A stretch of DNA of 64,000 nt, from contig CATQHZ020000001.1 of assembly GCA_958296135.2 (NCBI GenBank), positions 3,872,001-3,936,000 on the forward strand. The letters run 5' to 3'. Under the pieces are notes generated by a model. The model ran no database searches and had not been told where the DNA came from. It saw only the letters and a program-made list of their open reading frames with translations. Positions 28,453 through 38,816 of this stretch are shown here, piece by piece; positions within the stretch are counted from its first letter, which is position 1; each line of letters begins with the position of its first letter. This stretch comes from an uncultured Poribacteria bacterium. Its GTDB lineage: Bacteria > Poribacteria > WGA-4E > WGA-3G. A program made the position numbers and the translations under genes.

Positions 28453-29502
28453 CTATTCTGTCTGATAAACCGCCTCGCGCGAGTGGAACCCATCTTTGAT
28501 GACAACCTCATCGAGATTCGCTTTGTCCACCTGAACAGGGGTGAGCAAAATCGATGGCACGTCAACTTTACCGTTGTTGACAGTCTGCGTGGCTTCCGCA
28601 ATCTGTTCTCCCTTTGCGAGGGCGACAGCGGCTTGCGCCGCTTTCGTCGCGATGAGGTGAATCGGCTTGTAGACCGTCATTGTTTGCGTGCCTTTGAGAA
28701 TCCGTTGGCATGCGGATAACTCTGCATCTTGCCCCGATACCAGCACCTTCCCGGCGAGGTTTTGTCCCTCCAATGCTTGAATAACGCCGCCTGCTGTGCC
28801 ATCGTTGGAGGCGACAACGGCATCGATGCGATTGTTCGTCTGCGTCAGCACCTGCTCCGCCTTCTTCAGTGCATCGCGCGGGTCCCAGTTGAACGCCCAG
28901 TGCTTCCCTTCCGCAACCAACCGAATGTCGCCTGCGTCAATCGCCTCTTGCAAGGCACGGAGCTGCCCCTTCCGGAGGAGCTGCGCGTTGTTATCAGTCG
29001 GCGCGCCGCCGAGCAGGAAATAATCCCCCTTGGGTTTTTGGCGCAGCAAGTATTCCGCCTGCAAATAGCCTACCTGCTCGTTGTCAAAGGAAATGTAGAG
29101 GTCTGGTTCACTCTCGCGGATAAGCCTGTCGTAAGCGAGCACCTTGATGCCTTCAGCATGGGCCGCTTGGACAATCTGCGCAGCAGCAACGCTATCCTTC
29201 GGAATAACGACGAGAACATCCACGCCTTGCGTGATCAGGTTCTCAGCCTGCGCGTTCTGTCGCCGTTCGTCGCCATCGGCGGATTGCACGATAACTTCCG
29301 CGCCGAGTTTCTCCGCTTCAGCCTTGAAAATATCCCGGTCCTTCTGCCAGCGTTCAACCCGTAGCGAGTCCATGGAGAGCCCGATTTTAATTTTCTTGGG
29401 TGCAGAAGGATCGGCACACCCGCAAAACAGGGCGAGGCATCCTACCAATAAGATGACGAGTGCGCGCTTGCAAAACGCGCTTATGGGTAATGTGCGGTTC
29501 AT
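28453..29502 (-). CDS. xylF: D-xylose ABC transporter substrate-binding protein
   Basis: 'ERWQKDRDIF', 'VLAYDRLI', 'GGAPTDNNA', 'ASNDGTAGG', 'SGQDA' and 'QTMTVYKPI'. Confidence 0.85.
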   Translation of the reverse strand: MNRTLPISAFCKRALVILLVGCLALFCGCADPSAPKKIKIGLSMDSLRVERWQKDRDIFKAEAEKLGAEVIVQSADGDERRQNAQAENLITQGVDVLVVIPKDSVAAAQIVQAAHAEGIKVLAYDRLIRESEPDLYISFDNEQVGYLQAEYLLRQKPKGDYFLLGGAPTDNNAQLLRKGQLRALQEAIDAGDIRLVAEGKHWAFNWDPRDALKKAEQVLTQTNNRIDAVVASNDGTAGGVIQALEGQNLAGKVLVSGQDAELSACQRILKGTQTMTVYKPIHLIATKAAQAAVALAKGEQIAEATQTVNNGKVDVPSILLTPVQVDKANLDEVVIKDGFHSREAVYQTE

Positions 29503-29512
29503 ATTGCCCTCC

Positions 29513-30832
29513 TTATTGCGATTTGGGCGGGGCCTCTGTCTCTTCCTCGGCGGTTATCTCCTGCACGACATCGCCGATATTCAACGAATCCGTCCCCTCA
29601 ACGAGACGGAAAACCGACATCTTATCGCTCTGAATCTCAACGACGGTGATGATGGCGATTTTGCGGCGCGTGTACGTCAGGATTTCACCCGTGTCTATAT
29701 CGCGGACCGGTTTGCCTTTGGAATAGACAGCAAACTGCTGATTGATGGCCATGCGCTTAGCCGGACCGATTTTGACATAAATGTGGCCCAAGTCCTCGTT
29801 ATCAACGTATTGGATTTTCCCTTTGAGGGAGCCAACTGCTGCCGTTTCTGCGGGTTGCGTATCCTCCTCGGCGGTTGCGGGCCGCGTCTCCCACGGCGTG
29901 ATGAAGTTCGGGCCCACGTTATCGCGGAGCGCGACGACTACCTTGATCAACGCTTCGTTCGTCACCATGCCGAGGAGCGTTTTGTTGTATTCTGGACTTG
30001 CGAACTCAATTTTGTTGAGTGCTATCGGGTTCACAATCGGGTTGGGATTTTTTTGCTCCGTGGCCCGCGTCTGTCCAAAGGATAGATTGGTTCCCTGCTC
30101 CGTCACACTAGCTTCCAAGGCGGCAGCTCTGGTTCCCGCAAGCGAATGGTCTAGGCTCGCGACGATAGGGAGTTCTGTCACCATGATTTTTTGGGTTTTA
30201 TCGTAAAACTTAATGGGTTCGCCGTGAGCATCGTAACCCTTGAGATGCAGCTTCACCGTAGCACGATGGAGATACCCCATCACCTGAATGCCTGTCATAA
30301 AACTCGTGTTGGCTTGGCTCGTTTGCCGCCCGCCTTCTCTCAGCGTGCGTGAAGCGTTGGCTCTCAAACGTTCCTGATTAAAATGTCGAATCTCCCCGGT
30401 AACGAGGACATCGGCGTTGAGCAGTCCGGCAAACTTCGCGCGCTGTACGGTATCTAATTTTTTCAGCATGTCGCGCGAGAGCGTCATCTGTGCCATAGCA
30501 TCCAGCAGTTCATTCCAACTCACCGGTTGATAGACGTTCGTTTCGGCGAGTTTCCGGTTGAGCATCGTCACGAACCCTATCTTCAGATTCCACGGTTCAT
30601 AGATGTTCTCGATGCGTCTCTTCTTGCCGAAGATTTTCCCGATGAAGCCTGGAATGCACCCACAACCGGTGGCAGAAGCAAATTGGGTCCGGTCCGCAAA
30701 ATAGAGGACAGCGATGCGTTTCCCTGCAGGATGCGCTTCCTCCTCCGAAGTCGCACCGCTACTGGCGATAACGCCTACCATAAGGCACAAACTGAGCACG
30801 CCTAACAGTGAGAATGCGAAAAAGCGTTTCAT
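29513..30832 (-). CDS. Secreted protein with CsgG/TolB_N-like region and FlgT C-terminal-like domain
   Basis: Signal peptide, 'KRIAVLYF', 'LNADVLVTGEI' and C-terminal 'DIDTGEIL...LNIGDVV'. Confidence 0.65.
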   Translation of the reverse strand: MKRFFAFSLLGVLSLCLMVGVIASSGATSEEEAHPAGKRIAVLYFADRTQFASATGCGCIPGFIGKIFGKKRRIENIYEPWNLKIGFVTMLNRKLAETNVYQPVSWNELLDAMAQMTLSRDMLKKLDTVQRAKFAGLLNADVLVTGEIRHFNQERLRANASRTLREGGRQTSQANTSFMTGIQVMGYLHRATVKLHLKGYDAHGEPIKFYDKTQKIMVTELPIVASLDHSLAGTRAAALEASVTEQGTNLSFGQTRATEQKNPNPIVNPIALNKIEFASPEYNKTLLGMVTNEALIKVVVALRDNVGPNFITPWETRPATAEEDTQPAETAAVGSLKGKIQYVDNEDLGHIYVKIGPAKRMAINQQFAVYSKGKPVRDIDTGEILTYTRRKIAIITVVEIQSDKMSVFRLVEGTDSLNIGDVVQEITAEEETEAPPKSQ

Positions 30833-31064
30833 GTCAGCCTCCTATAAACATTTCGTTTTAACTATCTACTTAGTTAGTCTACTACAAGGTGGGTTTTAAT
30901 TCAATAAAATTCGATTTTGTCAGATTTTTTCATAAAAAAACTTGACAAATGCTATCAAAATATGCTAAACTTATGTTGAAAAGTCGAAGAGTGGCTATTT
31001 TGAAAACGGGCGGCACTTCAGATTTGTAAGTTTCGCCCTCACGAAATTTCACAAGGATAAACTG

Positions 31065-32948
31065 ATGAATACATATCATGTTGAGCGTATTGATGCGCTT
31101 GAAGTTCGGGTTGAACGGGTAGAAGGCTTTTTGGAGCAGATTGTTGCGAACGTCGCTGTGCTCGCAGAAAGCCACGTGAAAATCGATCAGAAGGTTCAGG
31201 TGCTTGTGCAGCAGGTTGGACAACTCGCCCAAGTTGTTGACACCCTTTCCAAGAGCCAAGCGCGAACCGCTGAAGAACTACGTGAGATGCGTATCGCCAC
31301 CGAGCGTGAAATATCGCAACTTCGCGAAAGCCAAGCGCGAACCGACGCACGCTTTGAGGCACTCGCCCAGCGCGAGGTAGCGCGCGACAAACGCAACGAG
31401 CAGCGCGATGCAGCATTCAACCGGAAATTGGACGCTCTCGCCGAAAACCAAGCGCGAACCGATGAACAACTCCGGGAGATGTGTGTCACCGTGGCGCAGG
31501 AGATGGCGAACCTCCATGAAAATCAAGCACGAATCGATGCGCTCTTTGAAGCAGCCGCCCAACGAGATGCAGAACGCACCGAACAAAATGCCGAACGCGA
31601 CGCGGCATTCAACCGGAAATTGGACGCAAGCGATGAAGCCCGAGCCCAAGCCGATGAAGAATACCGCAAAAGCCGAACCAATGCCGAAAGGGAGATGGCT
31701 AAACTCCGCGAAAGCCAAGCACGAACCGACGCACTCTTTGAAGCAGCCGCACAGCGAGATGCAGAACGAGACAAACGCGAAGCAGAACGAGCCGAACAGC
31801 AAGCCGCACGCGACATAGCACTTGACCGGCGACTTGAAAAAATCGCCGCAGACCGAGAGAAAGCCAATCAGGAATACGCTGAGATGCGAGCCAACGCCGA
31901 ACGAGAAATGGCTAAACTTCGCGAAAGCCAAGCACGAACCGACGCACTCTTTGAAGCAGCCGCACAGCGAGATGCAGAACGAGACAAACGCGAAGCAGAA
32001 CGCAACAAACGGGAAGCGGAACGAGCCGAACAAGAAGCCGCACGCGGCACGGCATTCGACCGGCGACTTGAAAAAATCGCCGCAGACCGAGAGAAAGCCA
32101 ATCAGGAATACGCAGCACTCCGCGAAAACGCCGAACGAGAAATGGCTAAACTTCGCGAAAGTCAAGCACGAACTGACGCACTCTTTGAAGCAGCCGCACA
32201 GCGAGACGCAGAACGAGACAAACGCGAAGCAGAACGCAACAAACGGGAAGCGGAACGAGCCGAACAAGAAGCCGCACGCGGCACGGCATTCGACCGGCGA
32301 CTTGAAAAAATTGCCGCAGACCGAGAGAAAGCCAATCAGGAATACGCAGCACTCCGCGAAAGCCAAGCGCGAACCGATGCGCTCTTTAAGGCAGCCGCCC
32401 AACGCGATACAGAACGCACCGAACAAAATGCCGAACGCGACGCACGATTTGAGCGGCAAATGGAGCAACTCAACGCGAATCGGGAACGGGCGGATCGAGA
32501 ACTTGCTAAGCACAGCGAGAACCTCGCACGATTGGAAGCAATGTTTGAGGCAGCCGCCCAACGAGACGCAGAACGCACCGAACAGCAAGCAGCCCGCGAC
32601 GCGGAATTCAACCGGAAATTTGACGAAATCAATGAAGTCCGAGCCCAAGCCGATGAAGAATACCGCAAAAGCCGAACCAACGCCGAACGAGAAATGGCTA
32701 AACTTCGCGAAAGTCAAGCACGAACTGACGCACTCTTTGAGGCAGCCGCCCAACGAGACGCAGAACGCACCGAACAGCAAGCAGCCCGCGACGCGGAATT
32801 CAACCGGAAACTGGACACACTCGCCGAACTGAAAGCGGCACTGAGCCCTTGGAAACTGCTCTTTGGAATCATCGCCACCGTCACAGTCACGCTCCTCCTG
32901 ACAACGCTCGGCGGAGAAGTTATCAAGTACCTCTCAACGCTGTTTTAG
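31065..32948 (+). CDS. Long repetitive coiled-coil protein with C-terminal TM anchor
   Basis: Repeated 'ESQARTDALFEAAAQRDAER' modules, 234-bp DNA repeat, hydrophobic C-terminus, upstream TTGACA promoter at 30942. Confidence 0.85.
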   Translation: MNTYHVERIDALEVRVERVEGFLEQIVANVAVLAESHVKIDQKVQVLVQQVGQLAQVVDTLSKSQARTAEELREMRIATEREISQLRESQARTDARFEALAQREVARDKRNEQRDAAFNRKLDALAENQARTDEQLREMCVTVAQEMANLHENQARIDALFEAAAQRDAERTEQNAERDAAFNRKLDASDEARAQADEEYRKSRTNAEREMAKLRESQARTDALFEAAAQRDAERDKREAERAEQQAARDIALDRRLEKIAADREKANQEYAEMRANAEREMAKLRESQARTDALFEAAAQRDAERDKREAERNKREAERAEQEAARGTAFDRRLEKIAADREKANQEYAALRENAEREMAKLRESQARTDALFEAAAQRDAERDKREAERNKREAERAEQEAARGTAFDRRLEKIAADREKANQEYAALRESQARTDALFKAAAQRDTERTEQNAERDARFERQMEQLNANRERADRELAKHSENLARLEAMFEAAAQRDAERTEQQAARDAEFNRKFDEINEVRAQADEEYRKSRTNAEREMAKLRESQARTDALFEAAAQRDAERTEQQAARDAEFNRKLDTLAELKAALSPWKLLFGIIATVTVTLLLTTLGGEVIKYLSTLF

Positions 32949-33040
32949 CAAACCCAACAGGCGGCGCGCAAAACGCCGCCCCAAATCGACAGGGCGGATG
33001 TCGCTACCCGCCCAACTCATACCGAAAGGAACCATCAACC

Positions 33041-35910
33041 ATGGCACGAAATAGACGGAATACACCGCAGACGCGGCCATACCATCACGAAACCGAAACC
33101 CGAACGAACAACCCATCCGTTGGGCTCGGTGCCGAAGGGGATATCACTGAAATGCCACAAGCGGAATACTACTACAACCCGCATCTCCAACCCATCCTCC
33201 GTTTCAGTTCAGACAATAAGACCCCCCCCCTGCTCAACAAATATATAGTATAATCCAAGATGCGCAACAGCGGCCCCTGACCGCGGACGAAGCACAGCAG
33301 CTGACAGACGCGCTCCACGCGCAGCCGTGGCTCGAATGGGCAAACAAACGCGAGGAAGGCGCGACATTCACCGTAGACCCGGTCTCGCTCTTCATACACG
33401 AACGCCTCAGCGCGCAAGCCATCCTCGAAACCGCCAAACGGAATGACATCCAACGCGACCTGTTCGCTGATCCGCAGCAGAAATATCGGGATGCCGTGAA
33501 ATTCTACGAGCACGATGTGCCGTGGTCCAACCGGCTCATCCTCGGCGATAGTCTGCAGGTGATGGACTCACTCGCGCACCGCGAAGGCCTGGCAGGCCAG
33601 GTGCAAATGGCATACATCGATCCGCCTTACGGCATCAACTTCCGCTCTAACTTCCAACCGGAGGTGTTTGATATGGGCGGCGCCGACAGTGATAGACACC
33701 TCTCGCGCGAAGTGGAACAGATTAAGGCGTATCGCGATACGTGGGAACTCGGCTCCCATTCCTACCTCTCCTATCTGCGGAAACGGTTTGTCGTCACTCG
33801 CGAACTGCTCAAGGATTCAGGGAGCATCTTCGTGCAAATAAGCGTTAAGAATGTCCATCAGGTGCGTTGCTTGCTGGACGATGTATTCGGGGCGGACAAT
33901 TTTGTGGCGGAAATTATCCTGAGAACGCGCAGCACCTCCACGAGTAAGTACCTATCAACCCTAAACGACTTTATCCTCTGGTATGCCAAAGACCGGGAGC
34001 AATTGAAGTTTCGTCAACTGTTCTTGGAGAAGGTGCCTGATAAAAGTAGATTCTCAAAGGCGGAATTGCCAACCGGTGAGATAGTGTCGGCCTCCGCCAC
34101 GCAAAGTTTATCCCAAAACTCGGAACTTTTCACAACCAGTAGTCTGTTCTCTACTTCCGGTGGAAAAAGAGAGAACCAAGTCTTCACCTTCCGTGGTAAG
34201 GAATATAGGCCTTTACCTCCGAGAGGATGGAGGTGCAGCCTTGAGGGATTAGAGAAACTCGCAAGAGCGAACAGGTTAATCCCACTTGATACCAATCTAG
34301 GCTATAAGTACTACTTTATTGACTCGCCCTACACGGAAGTGACAAATCTTTGGAGTGAGCAACTCTCCGAAATAAACAAGATTTATGTAGTGCAAACCAA
34401 CACAACTGCTGTCCAGCGTTGTATGCTGATGAGCACCGACCCGGGCGACATTGTCCTAGATCCGACGTGCGGCAGCGGCACCACGGCTTACGTTGCAGAA
34501 CAATGGGGACGACGGTGGATAACCATCGATACTTCTCGCATCGCAATAACTCTCGCGCGCACCCGTATCCTTACGGCGACGTTTGATTACTACAAACTCA
34601 ACGATGAAACGAAGGGCATCGGCGAAGGGTTCATCCTTGAGTCGGTTCCACACACGCAACTCAGAGACATCGCGAACAACATCGCGCTAGAACCCATCTT
34701 TGAGAAGCACGAACCGATAATAGCGGAGAAGCTAGCCGCTCTCAACGCCGCCTTAAAAAGCGTTACGCCCGCGCTAAGAGAACAACTCAAACTGAAACTG
34801 CGAAAGAAAACGAAACGTGAACTGACGGAAGCAGACCGGCGACGATGGAATTTGCCTGAAACGGCGTGGGAAGAATGGGAGGTGCCGTTTGACACCGAAC
34901 CCGCGTGGCCCGAGGCGTTGCAGAAGGCGTTGACAGATTTCCGGAAAGCATGGAAAGCGAAGATGAAGGCGGTTAACGACTGCATCGCCGCATCAGCAAA
35001 GCAGGAGAAACTCGTCGATCGTCCCGAAGTCCAGAAGGACCTGCTGCGCGTGAGCGGCCCCTTCACGGTAGAGGCGGTGCAACCGCCAGCGGAGTCGTTG
35101 GACGTGGAAGCACGGCATGGCGAATCAGATACGGAGCCGGCGAACGCCGCCGCGTACCTGGAGCGGATGGCGCAGCTACTAAAAACAGACGGTGTCCACT
35201 TTGAAAGTGAACACAAGAATTTCGCACGATTTGAACTGCTGACAGGAGACATTCTCTTTCACGCAGAAGGGCAGTTTGAGGATGATGAACGCGACGTAGG
35301 GGTTGTGTTCGGGCCACAGCACGGGCCCGTAAATGCTTTAATTGTGGAAGAATGCTTGTCGGAGGCGCGCCGCCACTACGATGTGCTGCTGTTCGCAGGC
35401 TTTCACTTTGAAGCGGAGGCACAGGCGATTATTCAGGACAAGCACAAACGCGTGCAGACACATCGCGTGCAAATTGCACCGGATATCGCAATGGCGGACT
35501 TGCTCCGGCACACGCATAGCGATAAACTTTTCACCGTCATCGGCGCACCGCGAACAGAGGTGGAGAAGACTGACGATGGGCAATTCTTTGTCAAGATGGA
35601 AGGCATGGATACCTACAATCCGGTCGATAACACAATCGAACCGACGCAGGCGGATAAAGTCGCGGCCTGGTTCTTGGATACAGATTACGACGGCCGCACC
35701 TTCTGTCCCACGCAATCGTTTTTCCCAAATAAAAAGGCGTGGAATAACATCGCGCGCTCGCTGAAAACAGTCATTGATGAGGAGAGCCTAGCGGCGTTCT
35801 CGGGGATAGAGTCGCTCCCGTTTGCCGCGGGCCAGCACAACCGCATCGCCGTGAAGGTAATCGATCGGCGTGGAAATGAGTTAATGAAGATTCATAGACT
35901 GTCCGCTTAA
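33041..35910 (+). CDS. Type III Mod-like adenine DNA methyltransferase, frameshifted at a C9 tract (33222-33230)
   Basis: DPPY motif IV, then a TRD, then 'VLDPTCGSGTT' motif I (beta class). The ATG at 33041 with RBS reads into C9 and stops at 33253. The catalytic frame is open from the tract onward (…QPWLEWANKRE…LFIHERLS…). Confidence 0.88.
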
Positions 35911-36103
35911 CCGTAGCGCGAGCGCCTCATATGGCGCGCGAAGAACAGGCCCGCGCACGACAGGGACTCGCGCTGCGGAACCTGACAGCCGCAATTTATT
36001 TGCAATTTCCCGCAACATGTAGTATAATTAGTTCATCATTCATTCGGAGGACGAGGGACAGGTTTCCCTCGCCCTACGGTGAAACTAGAGTAAAGGAGCA
36101 ATT

Positions 36104-37132
36104 ATGCTAAAAAAGCCTCGCGCTTTGTGGATACCGCTCGTCTTGATTGCGCTCAGCGTATTCTGTGGGTGTAGCGATAAGAAAAATACCGAAAAAAAAC
36201 GTGCCGATACGCGCGAAACGGAATGGCTATCGATTCTGGGCGGCTCAATCGGCGGAAGCTTCTCGCAGTTTGCGGGTGGCATTAGCCGCATCGTCGGGCA
36301 TCAGGAACCGCACCTAAAAATATCGGTGGTAGCCTCCGCCGGTTCGGTTGAAAATACGCGCCGAGTCAACGGCGATACCGAAGCACTCGGTGTCGTCTTC
36401 GCATCGGAAAGTTACTTGGGTTACCACGGCGAAGAGATTTTCGCCGAGGAGGGACCGAAAACCAACATTCGGATGGTAACGCTGCTCTTTATGGCCTATG
36501 ATCAGCTCTCTACGCTCGCGAACAGCAATGTGCATCAGCTTGAGGACATTGTCGGCAAAAAGGTTGCTAGCGGCCCAAGCGGTTCCGGCACAGCACAGAC
36601 GCTGGAACGGCTCGCGAAGTCGGCTGGTATCTGGGGGAAGTTCACGCCCATTTACAAGGGCGGCACCGCCGCCGCCGAGGCACTACAAGATGGACAAGTC
36701 GCCGCCTTCCAGTGGCTCGTCAGCGTCCCAAACAACGCCATCATTCAATTGACAACCATCAAAACTGTCCGAATGATCGACCTGGATACACCCGCCAAGA
36801 AATACGGGTTCTATGAAAAATATCCGTTTTATCTATCGGGCGCGTTGCCGGAGGGAGCATACGAAGGGAAAGTGGCACCGGTGAAAACGATTCTGATGCC
36901 GACGGTGCTGATAGCCCACAAAGAGGTGCGCGCGGAAACTATCTACGCGCTCCTCAAGCATGTCTACGCGCCGGAGGGGCACCAGGCCATGCTCCAAGTC
37001 AATCAGGCAGCAGCAGACATGACGGTTGAAAACGGCCCGAAAGCGTTTATCATCCCGCTGCACGCAGGTGCCTACCGGTTTTGGAGTGAACAGGAAGTGG
37101 AAATTCCCGAACACGCCAAACCGGTTGACTAA
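36104..37132 (+). CDS. TAXI-family TRAP transporter solute-binding subunit
   Basis: Lipobox, 'SAGSVEN', 'GKKVASGPSGSGT' and 'IPLHAGA.RFW.E'. Confidence 0.9.
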   Translation: MLKKPRALWIPLVLIALSVFCGCSDKKNTEKKRADTRETEWLSILGGSIGGSFSQFAGGISRIVGHQEPHLKISVVASAGSVENTRRVNGDTEALGVVFASESYLGYHGEEIFAEEGPKTNIRMVTLLFMAYDQLSTLANSNVHQLEDIVGKKVASGPSGSGTAQTLERLAKSAGIWGKFTPIYKGGTAAAEALQDGQVAAFQWLVSVPNNAIIQLTTIKTVRMIDLDTPAKKYGFYEKYPFYLSGALPEGAYEGKVAPVKTILMPTVLIAHKEVRAETIYALLKHVYAPEGHQAMLQVNQAAADMTVENGPKAFIIPLHAGAYRFWSEQEVEIPEHAKPVD

Positions 37133-37250
37133 GAATAACGAACGTAACTGACCGGGAGGCGCGCGTTGCAAGCGCGTTCCCCTCGGGTCAAGGAATCGCG
37201 AGGGATAGGTTTTCCCGCGCACTACAAAAAATCACGAAAGGAATTCTAAA

Positions 37251-38354
37251 ATGCAGATTAACTTAGGGCGTTGCTTCGTGCAATCCCTCTCTCTTATTGT
37301 TGTGACAGCGTTCATTATCGCCCTCAGTGGGTGCGATAGGGTTCAGAAAGACCTGGTGCCGACAACGGAAGTAACGGAAACAGAAACACCTCATAAGTTG
37401 ACAATCGCGGCGGGCACCCCGGGCGGCAGTTTCGAGCCGTTCGCGCGCGCGATTGCGGCTATCCTGATGCAACAGGAACCGAGCATGGCAATCGACATTG
37501 AGCCCTCGCCCGGCTCTGTCGAAAACACGCGCCGCGTCCATGACAACCCGAATTCCCTCGGGCTCGCGTTTGCCGCCGAAACCTACCTCGGTTACAACGG
37601 CATGGAGATTTTCGCCGAAGAAGGTGCCAAAACGAATGTTCGCGTCGTGACGTTGCTCTATATCGCGTATGCGCAATTGGCAGTTACCGAAGCCAGCGAG
37701 ATTCAGGAATTCGCAGACCTGGCGGGCAAAAACGTAGCAACCGGGGGACTCGGCTCCGGCACGGCACAGACGCTAGAACGTCTTGCAACAGCGGCTGGCA
37801 TCTGGCAACAGATTACGCCGGTTTACAAAGGCGGCACAGCCGGCGCGATGGCACTCCAAAGTGGCGAAGCAGACGCTTTTCACTGGCTCGTCGGTATTCC
37901 AAACGAGGCAATTAGTGAACTCGCAGCGAATACCCCTATCAGAATGCTGGATTTGGACGCGCCCGCCAAAGCATCCGGTTTCTATAAACAGTATCCGTTC
38001 TACCTCTCCGGGACAATTCCGGCAGGCGCATACGGCGGCGAGGGGCCACCAACTGTCAACGCACTCACAAGTCTGACCCGGCCGCAACCGGAGGCACCCG
38101 TCAACACAATTCTGATGCCGACGCTCCTCATCGCGCACAAGGATGTGCCAGCGGAAACCGTCTATAACTTCCTCACGAGCGTTTACTCGGCAGAGGGGAC
38201 GCAAGAAATCATATCAGCAACGCAAGGCGCCGCCGCGGATATGACTATTGAGAATAGTCCGAAAGCATTTGTCACGCCGCTCCACGCCGGCGCATACACA
38301 TTCTGGCGTGAGCAGGGAGTGGAAATCCCGCAACAGGCGATGCCTATAAAATAA
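37251..38354 (+). CDS. TAXI-family TRAP transporter solute-binding subunit (paralog)
   Basis: 'AAGTPGGSF', 'SPGSVEN' and 'PLHAGAYTFWRE'. Closely similar to the upstream gene. Confidence 0.9.
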   Translation: MQINLGRCFVQSLSLIVVTAFIIALSGCDRVQKDLVPTTEVTETETPHKLTIAAGTPGGSFEPFARAIAAILMQQEPSMAIDIEPSPGSVENTRRVHDNPNSLGLAFAAETYLGYNGMEIFAEEGAKTNVRVVTLLYIAYAQLAVTEASEIQEFADLAGKNVATGGLGSGTAQTLERLATAAGIWQQITPVYKGGTAGAMALQSGEADAFHWLVGIPNEAISELAANTPIRMLDLDAPAKASGFYKQYPFYLSGTIPAGAYGGEGPPTVNALTSLTRPQPEAPVNTILMPTLLIAHKDVPAETVYNFLTSVYSAEGTQEIISATQGAAADMTIENSPKAFVTPLHAGAYTFWREQGVEIPQQAMPIK

Positions 38355-38470
38355 AGTTTTCGCGGGAACCATTGGAAAGCGCGCGGGCCTGTCCCGCGCC
38401 ATCTCCGCTGCAAAAAAATCATTGCAACCGTTTTGGAAATTATGGTATAATTTTTTCTGAATGACATTAT

Positions 38471-38566
38471 GGGGTGCTCAACTAGGTTCGCGCTCGGAAG
38501 ACCGCGCCTACAAAGAGCTGAGAAAACACCCTTTGAACCTGATCTGGATCATGCCAGCGTAGGGAA
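38471..38566 (+). ncRNA. TPP riboswitch
   Basis: GGGGTGCT...GCTGAGA..ACCCTTTGAACCTGATCTGGATCATGCCAGCGTAGGGAA consensus core, upstream of thiamine genes. Confidence 0.93.
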
Positions 38567-38816
38567 ATACAAAATCAACATGTAGCAATATGGGCTGGTA
38601 GGAGCATCGAGACCGGGAGGACTCGCCTACCGGAGGAGCATCGAGACCGGGAGGACTCGCCCACAGCAATGTGTGCTCCTATTGTTTGCATGGCGAGGGA
38701 CAGCCCCTCGCCCTACGGTTGAACGGACAGTGGATGTCCGAAGCTGTCTCCTTTTCGCGCGCCGGTATGTTATCCACACCGGAAACAGGAGATAGCTTTT
38801 TTCTTGGGGATAGGTA

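Noticed and set aside
31278-32832. 500-aa antisense ORF and 336-aa alternate-frame ORF
   Set aside because: Shadow ORFs caused by the repetitive codon structure of 31065-32948.
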